Of a DNA stretch of 64,000 nt, positions 11,871-22,480 are shown one piece after another. The translations under genes and the position numbers were made by a program. The notes beneath the pieces are model-generated. The model saw nothing but the letters and a program-made list of their open reading frames with translations, searched no databases and was not told where the DNA came from. Position 1 is the stretch's first letter. Each line of letters opens with the position of its first letter. Origin of the DNA: Felis catus (Eukaryota). The stretch spans positions 49,353,815-49,417,814 of the forward strand of contig NC_058368.1 in NCBI RefSeq assembly GCF_018350175.1. Reading direction: 5' to 3'.

Positions 11871-12379
11871 CATAGTCAAAGCCAGGCACTAAGCTATGTC
11901 CAGGAGATAAATGGTAAGGTTGGTATGACATCTCACTTCAGTGGGTATCAGAGGCATATGGAATAAATCTAGCACTGTAGTGAGTGTCCCATAAATATTT
12001 GTTTAGCTACAGTAAAGCATATGACATCAGGCCATCCAGTTAAACAAGAACCAAGTTTTGATGAAGTAAATATCATAAACTACTGTATTAGATACTATAC
12101 TATTCCTGTGTCAGCAAAAGGCAAAGCAGTAGTGGTCACCAAAACCAACAATGGCCATATTCCTATAGTATATTCATAGGTTTTATGGACCAGGCATAAA
12201 ATTTTAAAGAGGCGTTACATTGCATATAAATGTGGCTCTACCTTACATCTGGAAATTATGGAACCTTTGGAAAGAGTGATGCTCAGATAGCACGATGTTA
12301 GTCTCTAGAGAGAAAAATGAACTAGACTGGTTTAAAACAATTTTTTTTCTCTTGTATATTTCAAGGTTTCTAACTCCCA

Positions 12380-12780
12380 GAGAGATCGGTGTGCATCTCT
12401 GCTTGAATGTAGGCTCATTACGTTTGAAACAAAAACGGAGCAATGTGTCCTGCAGGTGTGATTTTTTTTTCAAGCAAAACCATTAGTCCACCAGGACTTG
12501 CCCATTAAGCGTGTGTCTTTTTACAACCAGCTGGATCACTTCCTATTACTCATAACAGGGTTATTTACAAATGAGGAGCCGAAAGTATAATGTTGTCTAC
12601 CCCAGTCAAGGTACTTTCTGTTCTATTAAGAATATATAAAATTAAGCAACAGAAAGGAAAAACATTTCCTGCCAGTTAACGAGATGCTAGTTAAGAGCCT
12701 GAGGCAAAGCCCAGGGCCCTTAAACCAACCGGTCATTAACTGCTAGGAAATGCCTACTGAGAGGTCACCACTGGTGCTAT
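12380..12780. promoter_or_regulatory. Candidate enhancer in non-repeat DNA (p53/p63-like, paired TFAP2-like and GRHL-like motifs)
   Basis: GGACTTGCCC-att-AAGCGTGTGT at 12494-12516; GCCTGAGGC-aaa-GCCCAGGGC at 12697-12717; AACCGGTC at 12727-12734. Motif evidence only. Confidence 0.3.
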
Positions 12781-15524
12781 AGGAGAGCCCAGTCTGATGG
12801 AGGGGCATGTATGATGGGATCACTGAAGGACACAAGACAAACATGGAACAATCCAAGGAACTTTTTCTCATAGTTTTCATCTGAAATCAGTTCCATGATA
12901 CCACAGCTTTTTTTTTGTGAAAAGAAGATAATAGCATCCTACTTTTTCCTCCTGTTTTTTTGTTTGTTTTTCAAAGCTTTTATTTTCCCTTCCTCTATGT
13001 CATGGCAAACTCCACATGTAGGATCTGATTACAGATCTTGACCAAACAGTAGGAATTTTAATAAAAGACCTTAATATGAATGTCTGCTATGTTCTCAGCT
13101 TCATGTTGGTTATAAATTGCATACAGTGCTGTTTTTATTCTGTTTTGACCCAAGATCAAAATGAAACCAAACCTCCACAAAATACCTAAGTTGGGCTAAT
13201 CTTAAAGCACTAGTAAATTTACTCCCTAGAAATATTCACAACATGTCATTCCTACTTGATTAAAGATGTGAAAAATCAATTTTGGTTTGAACAGCCTTAT
13301 GCCTTGGAGCTGCTGCTGTGATATATTTCTTTTGGCTTTGGTTTCCAAAATGTCAGCATACGGAGAAACTGAAAAGTAGAATGACATGCAAGATACAAGA
13401 AAAAGAAACCAGAAGTTCTCTCTTACTGCTGGGTGTCCCAAGTTCCTTGACTCCCACCCTGACTCACTGTCTTATTTCTGGGACACTTCTTACTGCCTCT
13501 CCTATGAGCTTCTCTCCACACATGTCTGCTTTGTTTCTCCTTGACCTTCAATACACAGGGCTTCAAAGTTTTTCAGAAGCCCCAGAAATGGTCAACGGAC
13601 ACCAAAAGTAGTAAGAAGCAATGCAGTTAGTTCCCTAAGATTAAGTGGAAGAACTAGGAAGGTTTTACATCATTTATCCTATAGAACTGAATTTCTTAAT
13701 TCAACATCTCTTTACCCAGGTATCACTGCTTTTGCGATCAACAAGGGGTATGTGTTTTTAGAATCTTTCCTGATTCAATGCTCAGTCTTCCCAAGAGTGT
13801 CACAATCAATAACACATGCATTGTCCAAACTTGCATGAAAACCTAGTGTTAGCAGTGACTAGCCCTTCAGGAGACAGCGAGTAACTGTCTGATGTTACTT
13901 AATCATCCCCTTCCTGCAGGCTGCTCATCACAATATCCCTTCTAGTCACATACACACTCACACTGCAAAGAATCCGCTAAGTGAAATTATCTCCATCTTT
14001 GTCACATACATAGTTTCAAATAGGCGGACCCTCCCTGACATGAGCTACATTTTGATTCAGTTTTGAGAGGTAATTGCTCATGTAAAGCATTTAAAGAGGC
14101 AAAAGGAGGTGACTTTGTCAGAATGTCTTCTTAATTCAATACTGAATACATCTTCTTGCTGTCAAAAGCCTACTGCTATCATAAAGAGAAATCCAGAGGA
14201 AATTTATTAGCAATATTATTCTAAGTAGAGGCTCTTCTAAGGTCAGTGAATTTCATTAGGTTCCTCACTTTGGTCCCAAACTTTGGCCTGATAGAAGGTA
14301 GTGATGTCAGTGCTTAATTTACAAAGATGGGTGACAGGAAGAAGCAGAAGAGCATGTTTTACTTAGAGTTCCTTCTGGGGAGGAGTTAAAGAATAGCATT
14401 TCTCCCTTTACCACCATCCTATCAAATTTCACTTCCTTGTCAGGCGGAAACATCTTCATTTTTCTGGCAATGTTGGTAAAGCAAAGGCAATTATCGCTAT
14501 AAACGGACAATTGACTGTTTTAACAGGTTTTATGAGAGTAGAAAATTTGGCCTTGGATACAAGTATTTAAAGGAACAGTTTATGACACCATGCCACCAGT
14601 GCCTTGTTAGAGAGCTAAGCATTCAGGGGCAGAGGGTTTGAAGTGACCTTTTTGTGACTGCAGGAACAAGTCAACCAAAATTCACAAGAATTGGGTTTCC
14701 GTCTGTTAGGGTTTCTTTTTGGCACGTTCATTCACACTGTAAGGTAATGCGAACCTAGTCTCCTACAAGTTGAATGAGGCATGTTATTCTCTATTTCTTC
14801 TCTCAAATTATTGTGCCGGGGGAAAATATAGTTGCTTCATGCCACTCCATCAAGAATTACATTTTCAAAACAAAGCACATCATTACAAATTAAGTAGTAC
14901 TCTACAAGATACCTTACAGTCATTTTTAGTTCTCGAGTATGTCTGCAGTTGGAAAATATTAGAGTTTCCCTTTTGTAGGACAAAACAAAACAAAACACAT
15001 ACTTTTATAAGGTAAGTGATTATAAAAAATGTCAAGTTCTTCAGTTCTAGAGCATTCTCCTTCAACTACTGCTTTCTATGCTCATTTAACTCTGTTCTCA
15101 TAGTAAGACTAGTCCTCATCTCACTTGTCTCTAGTCTTCTATGAAATTAGTTGGGTTTGGAAATAGAGACATTTCATGTGTATAATACAGGTAAATTCTT
15201 CAATCTAACAATCAAATCTTTGCGACAGGCTGACCTGAATTTATCAATCACTATAACTGCTCCAGCACTATTACAATTAGTTCATTTCTTGTCATTACAT
15301 ATGCCAATAAATACTTTCCTTTCAGATGGCTGCTTGTTCTTGTCATTTACTAAGCCATGTACATCTTTCTCGTGTCATTCCAAGATGTTTTGTACAATGA
15401 CTTTAGAAAATAAGCCTAAAACTTTTCCGAGGGAGTGCAGTGAGGAAGGCCCTATAGCCTGATTGCCCAAAAACATCAACCAAATTTCACCCAAAATAAC
15501 TCTATTAAAAATGTATATTTTACT

Positions 15525-15726
15525 GGGGCACCTGGGTGGCTCAGTCAGTTGAGTGTCTGACTTGGGCTCAGGTCATGATCTCATGGTTTGTGAGTTCGAG
15601 ACCGCATCAGGCTCTGTGCTGACAGCTTGGAGCCTGGAGTCGGCTTCAGATTCTGTGTCTCCCTCTCTCTCTGCCCCTCCCCCACTCATGCTCTGTCTCT
15701 CCCTTTCTGTCAAAAATAAACATTAA
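15525..15726 (+). mobile_element. Can-SINE
   Basis: TSD AAAAATGT(A/G)TATTTTACT at 15507-15524 and 15727-15744. Confidence 0.96.
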
Positions 15727-15989
15727 AAAAATGTGTATTTTACTGAGTTACAAGACATTTCATAATCATGGATGGGTAGCCAGAGGTCATAAGAATGTAC
15801 AAAGATTAACAAAATATATATTTTTAATAAAGAAACTGTAGCTAATTTGTCATGAGATGGCCTCTGCATGCCTTTCTGTAGGCTCTTTCTTACTTCTGTA
15901 GCCACAAAAGTAAGCTGGATTCTTGTGGAGTCTTGCACTCACACTCACAGCAAGAATAAAGAGAGTCACTTAAAAATTACATAAATTGA

Positions 15990-16172
15990 GGGGCATCTGG
16001 GTGTCTCAGTCAATTAAGCATCCAACTCTTGATTTCAGTTCAGGTCATGATATTGTGGTTTGTGAGTTCAAGCCCCATGTTGGGCTCCGTGCTGATAGCA
16101 CAGAGCCTACTTAGGACTCTCTCTCTCTCTCTCTCTCTCTCATAATAAATAATATGAAATTTATAAAAAAAA
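15990..16172 (+). mobile_element. Can-SINE (older subtype)
   Basis: Head GGGGCATCTGGGTGTCTCAG, ACTCTTGATTTCAG subtype motif, (CT)n and an A-rich tail. Confidence 0.92.
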
Positions 16173-16243
16173 TATACAAGTGGAGACAGACTTATAGGAA
16201 GAATAAGTTACAGACAATTTTATTACTAGATGTATAATGTTTT

Positions 16244-16471
16244 TTTTTAATTTTTTTTCAACGTTTTTTATTTATTTTTGGGACAGAGAGAGACAGAGCA
16301 TGAACGCGGGAGGGGCAGAGAGAGAGGGAGACACAGAATCGGAAACAGGCTCCAAGCTCCGAGCCCCGAGCCCAGAGCCCAGAGCCTGACGTGGGGCTCA
16401 AACTCACGGACCGCGAGATCGTGACCTGGCTGAAGTCGGACGCTTAACCGACTGCGCCACCCAGGCGCCCC
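16244..16471 (-). mobile_element. Young felid SINE (SINEC_Fc-like)
   Basis: CpG-rich, with the diagnostic GGCTGAAGTCGGACGCTTAACCGACTGCGCCACCCAGGCGCCCC. Perfect TSD TAGATGTATAATGTTTT at 16227-16243 and 16472-16488. Confidence 0.97.
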
Positions 16472-16505
16472 TAGATGTATAATGTTTTAAGTAAGGAAAA
16501 AGCCA

Positions 16506-16624
16506 GGGACACCTGGCTGACTCAGTCGGTGGAGCAGGAGACACTTGATCTTGGGGTGGGTGAGTACGAGCCCCATGTTGGGTGTAGAAATTACTTAATA
16601 AAATCTTTTGAAAAAAAAAGAAAA
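16506..16624 (+). mobile_element. Short tRNA-derived carnivore SINE lacking the CT-rich segment
   Basis: tRNA-like head (CCTGGCTGACTCAGTCGGTGGAGC...CTTGATCTTGGGG...CGAGCCCCATGTTGGGTGTAGA) followed directly by AATAAA and an A tail. Confidence 0.8.
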
Positions 16625-17172
16625 CATTATAAGACAATACTTACAGTATGATTCTCACTGGAAGTGAATTAGGTACTAGAGATATATAGTCATTAAAGAC
16701 AAAACAAAGGAAAAGGAGAGATTGTTTTAGACCTAGAGTGTTAACAGAAATATCTTCATCATCTTTTCTTTCTGACTGTGTTACAATTACTTGTAGTTTT
16801 CTTGGAACCAGTTAAGTGGATTCATAATTATATCATTTAATTTTGGTGAAACTAAACAAAGATAAACCTTTCAAGACTACAAGAATCTTTTAAAGCCACT
16901 TGTTAAAGAAACTACAGCTTGAAGCTACTATTAATCATCTACATGCAAACAAATAATTAAATGGCAGAGCTGACATCTCCCTCTCCTATAGAAGATCGTC
17001 ACCAACCACATCACACCTTGGAAGCAACAGCAACCTGATTATTCAAAATAAGAGTGTTTGGAGTATATGAGTATACACACATTTGAGAATAATCTCAAGT
17101 TCATTCCATGCCTGAAGATACTAATGATAGTTTTATATCATCACATTAGCAACATATAAAAACTGAACTTTG

Positions 17173-17304
17173 GGGGTGCTTGGATGACTCAGTTGATTAA
17201 GAGTCTGACTTCGGCTCAGGTCATGATCTCACGGTTGGTGGATTTGAGCCCCACGTCAGGCTCTGTGCTGACAGCTCAGAGCCTGGAACCTACTTCAGAT
17301 TCTT

Positions 17305-17348
<44 letters not shown>

Positions 17349-17390
17349 ACTCCCCTGCTTGTGCACTCTCTCTCTCTCAAAAATAAATAA
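17173..17390 (+). mobile_element. Can-SINE (first of a head-to-tail pair)
   Basis: Head, long (CT)n and AATAAATAA. Confidence 0.95.
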
Positions 17391-17605
17391 GGGGTGCCTG
17401 GGTGGCTCAGTTTGTTAAGCATCCAACTTCGGCTCAGGTCATGATCTCAGTTTTTGAGTTCAAGCTCTGTGTCGGGCTCTGTGCTGACAGCTCAAAACAT
17501 GGAGCCTGCTTCAGATTCTGTGTCTCTCTCTGCCCCTTGTGTTTTCACTCTCAGAAATAAATAAACATTTTAAATAAACTTTCTTTTAATTAAAGGAAAA
17601 AAAAC
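17391..17605 (+). mobile_element. Can-SINE (second of the pair, in the A tail of the first)
   Basis: The head starts immediately after the tail of 17173-17390. Confidence 0.93.
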
Positions 17606-18012
17606 CCATGAACTTCCAAGACAGAGATAAAACATGACAATTATAAGGAATGTTTAAGTCATATCATATGCAGTTCAGTATTTTATCAAATTTCTTATTA
17701 AACCTTATAGGATGTGTTTATAAGTCTCTTGAGGTTCTTTCACTACATTGTGAAAGCCAAGTGCTTGCACTGATGAGGAAGCTCCTTCCTGCAGTAGTAA
17801 AATGGACTGCAATGACATATTGAGAACAGAGACACAGTGTAAAACATGGTCTAAAATCATTTCTTTTTCAGCAAATACTGCCAGGAGATACAAAATACTG
17901 CCAAAGACTGGAGGAAACAAGTCACAAATCACATAATGAAAGATTTATTCTTTTGAATTAAACTATGGGTTATGGTGTGTCTCAGCTTATGGTATTTGCT
18001 CTTTGCAGTGCC

Positions 18013-18027
18013 TTTTAAGATTATTTA

Positions 18028-18072
<45 letters not shown>

Positions 18073-18236
18073 CATGGGTGGAGGGGTACAGAGAGAGGGA
18101 GAGACAGAATCCCAAGCAGGCTCCCTGCCATCAGTACAGAGCCCAGTGTGGGGCTCGAACCTACAAACAGTGAGATCACGACCTGAGCTGAGATCAAGAG
18201 TCAGAGGCTTAACCAGCTGAGCCACCCAGGGGCCCC
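18013..18236 (-). mobile_element. Can-SINE
   Basis: (GA)n and a reverse-complement head ending GCCACCCAGGGGCCCC. Confidence 0.95.
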
Positions 18237-18422
18237 TATGTTGCAGTCAACAATAGATACAAAGAACTGCCTGAGAATGGACTAAAGACAGGAATCTGCA
18301 GTAAGAACTCAATATGGTCCACCTGTGAAATTCACTCATTGCATCATTCATAGAACGGCTGTTGCAGCCAAGAGCTGAAACCAGCAGCAAATAAACAGAA
18401 TAAACTGCTACAAGAAGTCAAT

Positions 18423-18498
18423 CAGGGCTCCTGCTGCACAGCTCCAACTGCCTGCAATATAGCATCTACCTGGAGCTGGGCCACAGTAGGAGCCCTTG
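18423..18498. mobile_element. Palindromic MITE (MER91-like, hAT-Tip100)
   Basis: Inverted repeats AGGGCTCCTGCTG/CAGTAGGAGCCCT and CAGCTCCA/TGGAGCTG, with a CAGGG start. Confidence 0.55.
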
Positions 18499-20135
18499 CT
18501 TTAGGTCTGGCCCCAGCTTCCCACTGCAGAAGGGGATTTCCTCAAATGTGGAGGAATCTTACAATATTTAATGGCATGAGAGTAAATACACACAAATTTT
18601 CTGAAGAATCCAGAGATTCAATGGCTATCTCACAGCAAAGTACTTAACAGGATTCCCAGTGAAAGGATGAGGTTTTTGTTTTAGGAAATTCACGGTATTA
18701 AGAGTATTTTGGAAACTGGTGTTTAAAAATATTTCCATCTTTTGTGGGATTTTTGTTATTGAAAATGATACAAATAAGCCACTCAAAAATTCTTATTTGT
18801 ACAACCATAAAACTTGAAAATGGGCCTTCTAAAATCTGCTTTAAGAGCTTCCAAATGAAGAATCTCAATAAAGTATATACCTACTAGTTAAAAATACTAA
18901 AATATATTAAACTCAGTAGGTGCTACAGGGAAAAATGTATGCCTATTACCTTATTTTCAACAAATGTTTTAGAAAACTGGAGATGAAATTGAAAAATACA
19001 TCTTATTTTTTGGTAGACAGAACCATTTAGATATATGTATCTTAGTGAAAAATATTCTTCAGCTGTAAAAGCCTTAAAATAGAGTATCAAAATACACATC
19101 TAGAGCCAGGTTTTTAAGTTGCTAAATCAGGGAGTGTTCAACAGAGACCAAAAAAAAAATCAGTTATGTTGGTCCAGTTTTAATAAATTTTTGTGGGTGC
19201 AATAGTATTTTGTACTGTTAAAGGAAATTCAAAGTTAATGTTTACTTCAACTTTTGCCAATCTTCTGAAATTTCTACTTCATGTATATTTCTACCATCTA
19301 ATTATATTGTTCAATAGCGTAAGTAAAAAGTATATATAAATATTATGTTTCTATTTATTTGGAGTTATGAAAGTACCTAATAGGATACATAATTTTAAAA
19401 ATGTATTCAACTGGTTTTCATGATAGAGGTGTTCAAACTTTAAGCATAGTAAGAGAATTGCAGGTAAAGTTCTATTTCATATTATAAGTAAGCACTTCTA
19501 CATTCCTTTATTTTTTATATGGATAAGGTCAATAGTTAAAAAGATATTTCCCAGGCTAATATTATTCCTCCCAGTTGTGCTGTGCCTTTTTGAAACACAT
19601 TGTTTTTGCTGCTGTGAAGGTTTCCAGGACCTCACTGGTCTGACAGTACAGTCGGAACAGCAGAAAAGCAGTGTACGTTTCAGAAAGAGATCATTTCCCA
19701 AAATGAGACTGTGATCTCCAGAGAGAGCAAGACCTTTATTTTCTTAAGCCTTCTGATAGCTCTGTTGCTTCTGTTTAAATACCAACACTCTATAAAAATC
19801 ACAGCCGTTTATCTTCCAATTCAAGAATTCTCTACAGTTGCCACATAGCAGTTTTATTACAGAAAAAAATGGGAAGTAAATTTCTTCACTATCCCCAAAT
19901 CGGATAATGGGAGTCACATCTTTCTCCTTGTCTTTGTTATTTATCTGGGACTTCCCAGTAAGTACTCTGTACTTCATGTGAGCATCATATCAGGTACACA
20001 AAGTGAATATTTGACTTGGGAATGGGGAAATTGTTTTCCATTTGTTTTGCTAACAGCTGTGAGTGTATTTTAAAGTCACAATTAACCATCAAAACGATGA
20101 CATCTTTCTTAGAGGACTGATGGTTCATTACATAT

Positions 20136-20136
<1 letters not shown>

Positions 20137-20177
<41 letters not shown>
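20137..20177. repeat. (CA)n microsatellite
   Basis: Directly visible. Confidence 0.98.
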
Positions 20178-20181
<4 letters not shown>

Positions 20182-20455
20182 CGCTTAATTCCCCTGTAAG
20201 TTTTGAAATTAAAAAAAAATTTTTTCTTATAGTAAATAAATGTTCATTGTAAGGAATTAGAATAAAAGCATAAAATAATGTGAAACAATGAATTCTCATA
20301 TAAAATGGAGAATAAATCAAGAGCTACTTGGAAAAACTATTTGGCATTTCCTATTAAAATTAGAAATATGTATCCCTGCGACCTAACAATTCTATCTCTA
20401 GGTATATGCCCCAGAGAAACCCTTACCACTAAGTACCAGGAGATACAATCATCTT

Positions 20456-20660
20456 TTTTTAATGTTTATTTATTTATTTTGAGACCGAGAGATAGCGAGC
20501 GAGCAGGGGAAGGGCAGAGAGAGAGAGGGAGAGAGAATCCCAAGCAGACTGTATACTGTCAGCACAGAGCCTCAGGGCTCGAACTCATGAACCATGAGGT
20601 TATGACCTGAGCCAAAACCAAGACTCAGACGCTTACCCAACTGAGCCACCCAGGCACTCT
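20456..20660 (-). mobile_element. Can-SINE
   Basis: TSD AT(A/G)CAATCATCTT at 20443-20455 and 20664-20676. Confidence 0.95.
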
Positions 20661-21164
20661 AATATGCAATCATCTTCTTAGCAGCACCATTCATAAGGAC
20701 TCTAAACTGCCAACAAGTGAAATGTCCACTGAAAGGAGAACCAATTATTCAAAGTTCACGCATAGAATACTATATAGCAAAAAGGAAACAAATGAACTAC
20801 AGTGATACATTATGTGGAAAACTACATAGAAATGGAAATAAATGACCTACTGCTACATGCTATGGGAAATACTGTAAAGAAATGGAAATAAATGAAAGCT
20901 ACATGCTTCATGGAATACATTATAGGACTGAAAAATAAACGCCAACTGCATTCTTCATTTACCTGGGGTGCTGTATTTGCTCACATGGGTCAATTTCACA
21001 AACAATGTTAAGAAAAAATCCAAGTCCCAGAAAATCATTCCCATTTATTATTATTATATCTAAAGCAAGAATAAAACTAAACTGTATTTTAAAGATCTAT
21101 ACATCAGTCTAAAAGATATAAAACAAGTGAATGGTTACCTCAAATCAGGATAATGGTTATCTCT

Positions 21165-21550
21165 TATCCTGGTCAGTTCAGGCTGCTATAACAAAAATAC
21201 CATAGGCTAGCGGCTTAAACAACAAAACTATCTCTCAGTTTTAGAAGCTGGCAAGTCCAAGATCAAGGTGCCAAAAAATCTCATTTCTGGTGAAAGCCCA
21301 CTTCCTGGCTTGGACTTACCTTCCCCCTGAATCTTCCCACCTTCTCCCTGAATCTCCACATGGCAAAGAAAGAAATCATCTCTCCCAAATCCCTTCTTAG
21401 AAGGGCACTAATCCCATTCTTAAGGTTTCTACCCTCATGATCTATTTACTTCCCAAAGTCTCCGCTCTCCAAATACCGTCACACTGGAGATTAGGCTTCA
21501 ATATATGAACTTGGAGGTAGTGCTGAGACACAAACATTCACTCCATGGCA
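21165..21550 (-). mobile_element. MaLR solo LTR (MLT1A-like)
   Basis: GTTCAGGCTGCTATAACAAAAATACCATAGGCT...AAGTCCAAGATCAAGGTGCC...GGCACTAATCCCATTC...ACAAACATTCACTCCATGGCA. Confidence 0.88.
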
Positions 21551-21554
21551 TCTT

Positions 21555-21997
21555 TATTTGTTTGTTTTAATTTTTTTTTTCAACGTTTATTTATTTTTGG
21601 GACAGAGAGAGACAGACCATGAACGGGGGAGGGGCAGAGAGAGAGGGAGACACAGAATCGGAAACAGGCTCCAGGCTCTGAGCCATCAGCCCAGAGCCTG
21701 ACGCGGGGCTCGAACTCCCGGACCGCGAGATCGTGACCTGGCTGAAGTCGGACGCTTAACCGACTGCGCCACCCAGGCGCCCCATGTTTGTTTTTTAATG
21801 TTTATTTGAGAGAGAGACAGAGACAGAGTGAGCGAGCAGGGGAGGGGCAGAGAGAGGGGGAGACACAGAATCTGAAGCAGGCTCCAGGCTCTGAGCTGTC
21901 AGCACAGAGCCCGACGTGGGGCTCGAACTCACAAGCCGCAAGATCATGACCTGAGCTGAAGCTGGATGCTTAACTGACTGAGCCAGTCAGGTGCCCC
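21555..21997 (-). mobile_element. Can-SINE (outer) with a younger SINE inserted in its tail
   Basis: TSD CTC(C/A)ATGGCATCTT at 21541-21554 and 21999-22012. Body at 21795-21997. Confidence 0.93.
21569..21783 (-). mobile_element. Young felid SINE (SINEC_Fc-like), nested
   Basis: Near-consensus and CpG-rich. TSD TGTTTGTTTT at 21559-21568 and 21785-21794. Confidence 0.96.
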
Positions 21998-22243
21998 TCT
22001 CAATGGCATCTTCAGACAGAAGGGAGAGAAGTGTGACTAGTGAAGGTCACAGAGGGTGGTTTTTAACTCAAAAATAAGGTATTGATACAGTGATGCTTAA
22101 TACGTGATATCTACCTAAATAATCACAGCATTCACCTCTATATTTACTAGAATATATACTCACAACAAATATAAATGAAAAAGCATACAAGATTTTCTAA
22201 GTCTCAGTAACAAGTCATTTGAAGGACACTTAAAAAAGTAAGT

Positions 22244-22480
22244 TATATCAGTTAGGGATTACATTTGTCTCTAAGCACCAGAAAATAAGACTAACAATGG
22301 TTTATCATATACAATAAATCTTGGGTTAGCAGTCAGGGCTGTTACAGTGGCTCTGTGTCATCAAGGACAAGCCTCCTTGTTTTTTCCTGATTTTCTGTTC
22401 TCTACAAGACTTTTGTCTTCATGCTAGCATAATGGCTGCTGCATTGCAAGACATCACATCCAAAGTCTAGGCAGTAAAAT
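22244..22480 (-). mobile_element. Old MaLR LTR fragment (MLT1J/K-like)
   Basis: TATCAGTTAGGGATT...GTCATCAAGGAC...ATGGCTGCTGCA...GACATCACATCC. Confidence 0.6.

Larger units (their letters stand above)
16780..19420 (+). mobile_element. Fossil autonomous hAT-Charlie DNA transposon (Charlie7-like), interrupted by three SINEs and a MITE
   Basis: Degenerate transposase motifs in the expected order: ISFSANTARR (~17860), VKFTHCIIHR (18325-18354), EIQWLSHSKVL (18613-18645; cf. EVRWLSRGKVL) and YLSEKYSSA (~19040; cf. YLCExxFS). Boundaries approximate. Confidence 0.8.
20300..22180 (+). mobile_element. Old L1 3' end (L1ME-like), interrupted by SINEs and an MLT1A LTR
   Basis: TTGGAAAAACTATTTGGCA...ATCCCTGCGACCTAACAATTCTATCTCTAGGTATATGCCCCAGAGAAAC, with 3'UTR remnants (CAGGATAATGGTTATCTCT) resuming after 22012. 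Confidence 0.7.

Noticed and set aside
13900..14075. Acceptor (CCCCTTCCTGCAG) and donor (GAG|GTAATT) suggesting a ~150-bp coding exon
   Set aside because: The most open frame hits a stop before the donor, and the peptide is unrecognisable.
16506..16624. tRNA gene
   Set aside because: The tRNA-like head is degenerate and followed by AATAAA and poly(A), so it is a SINE.
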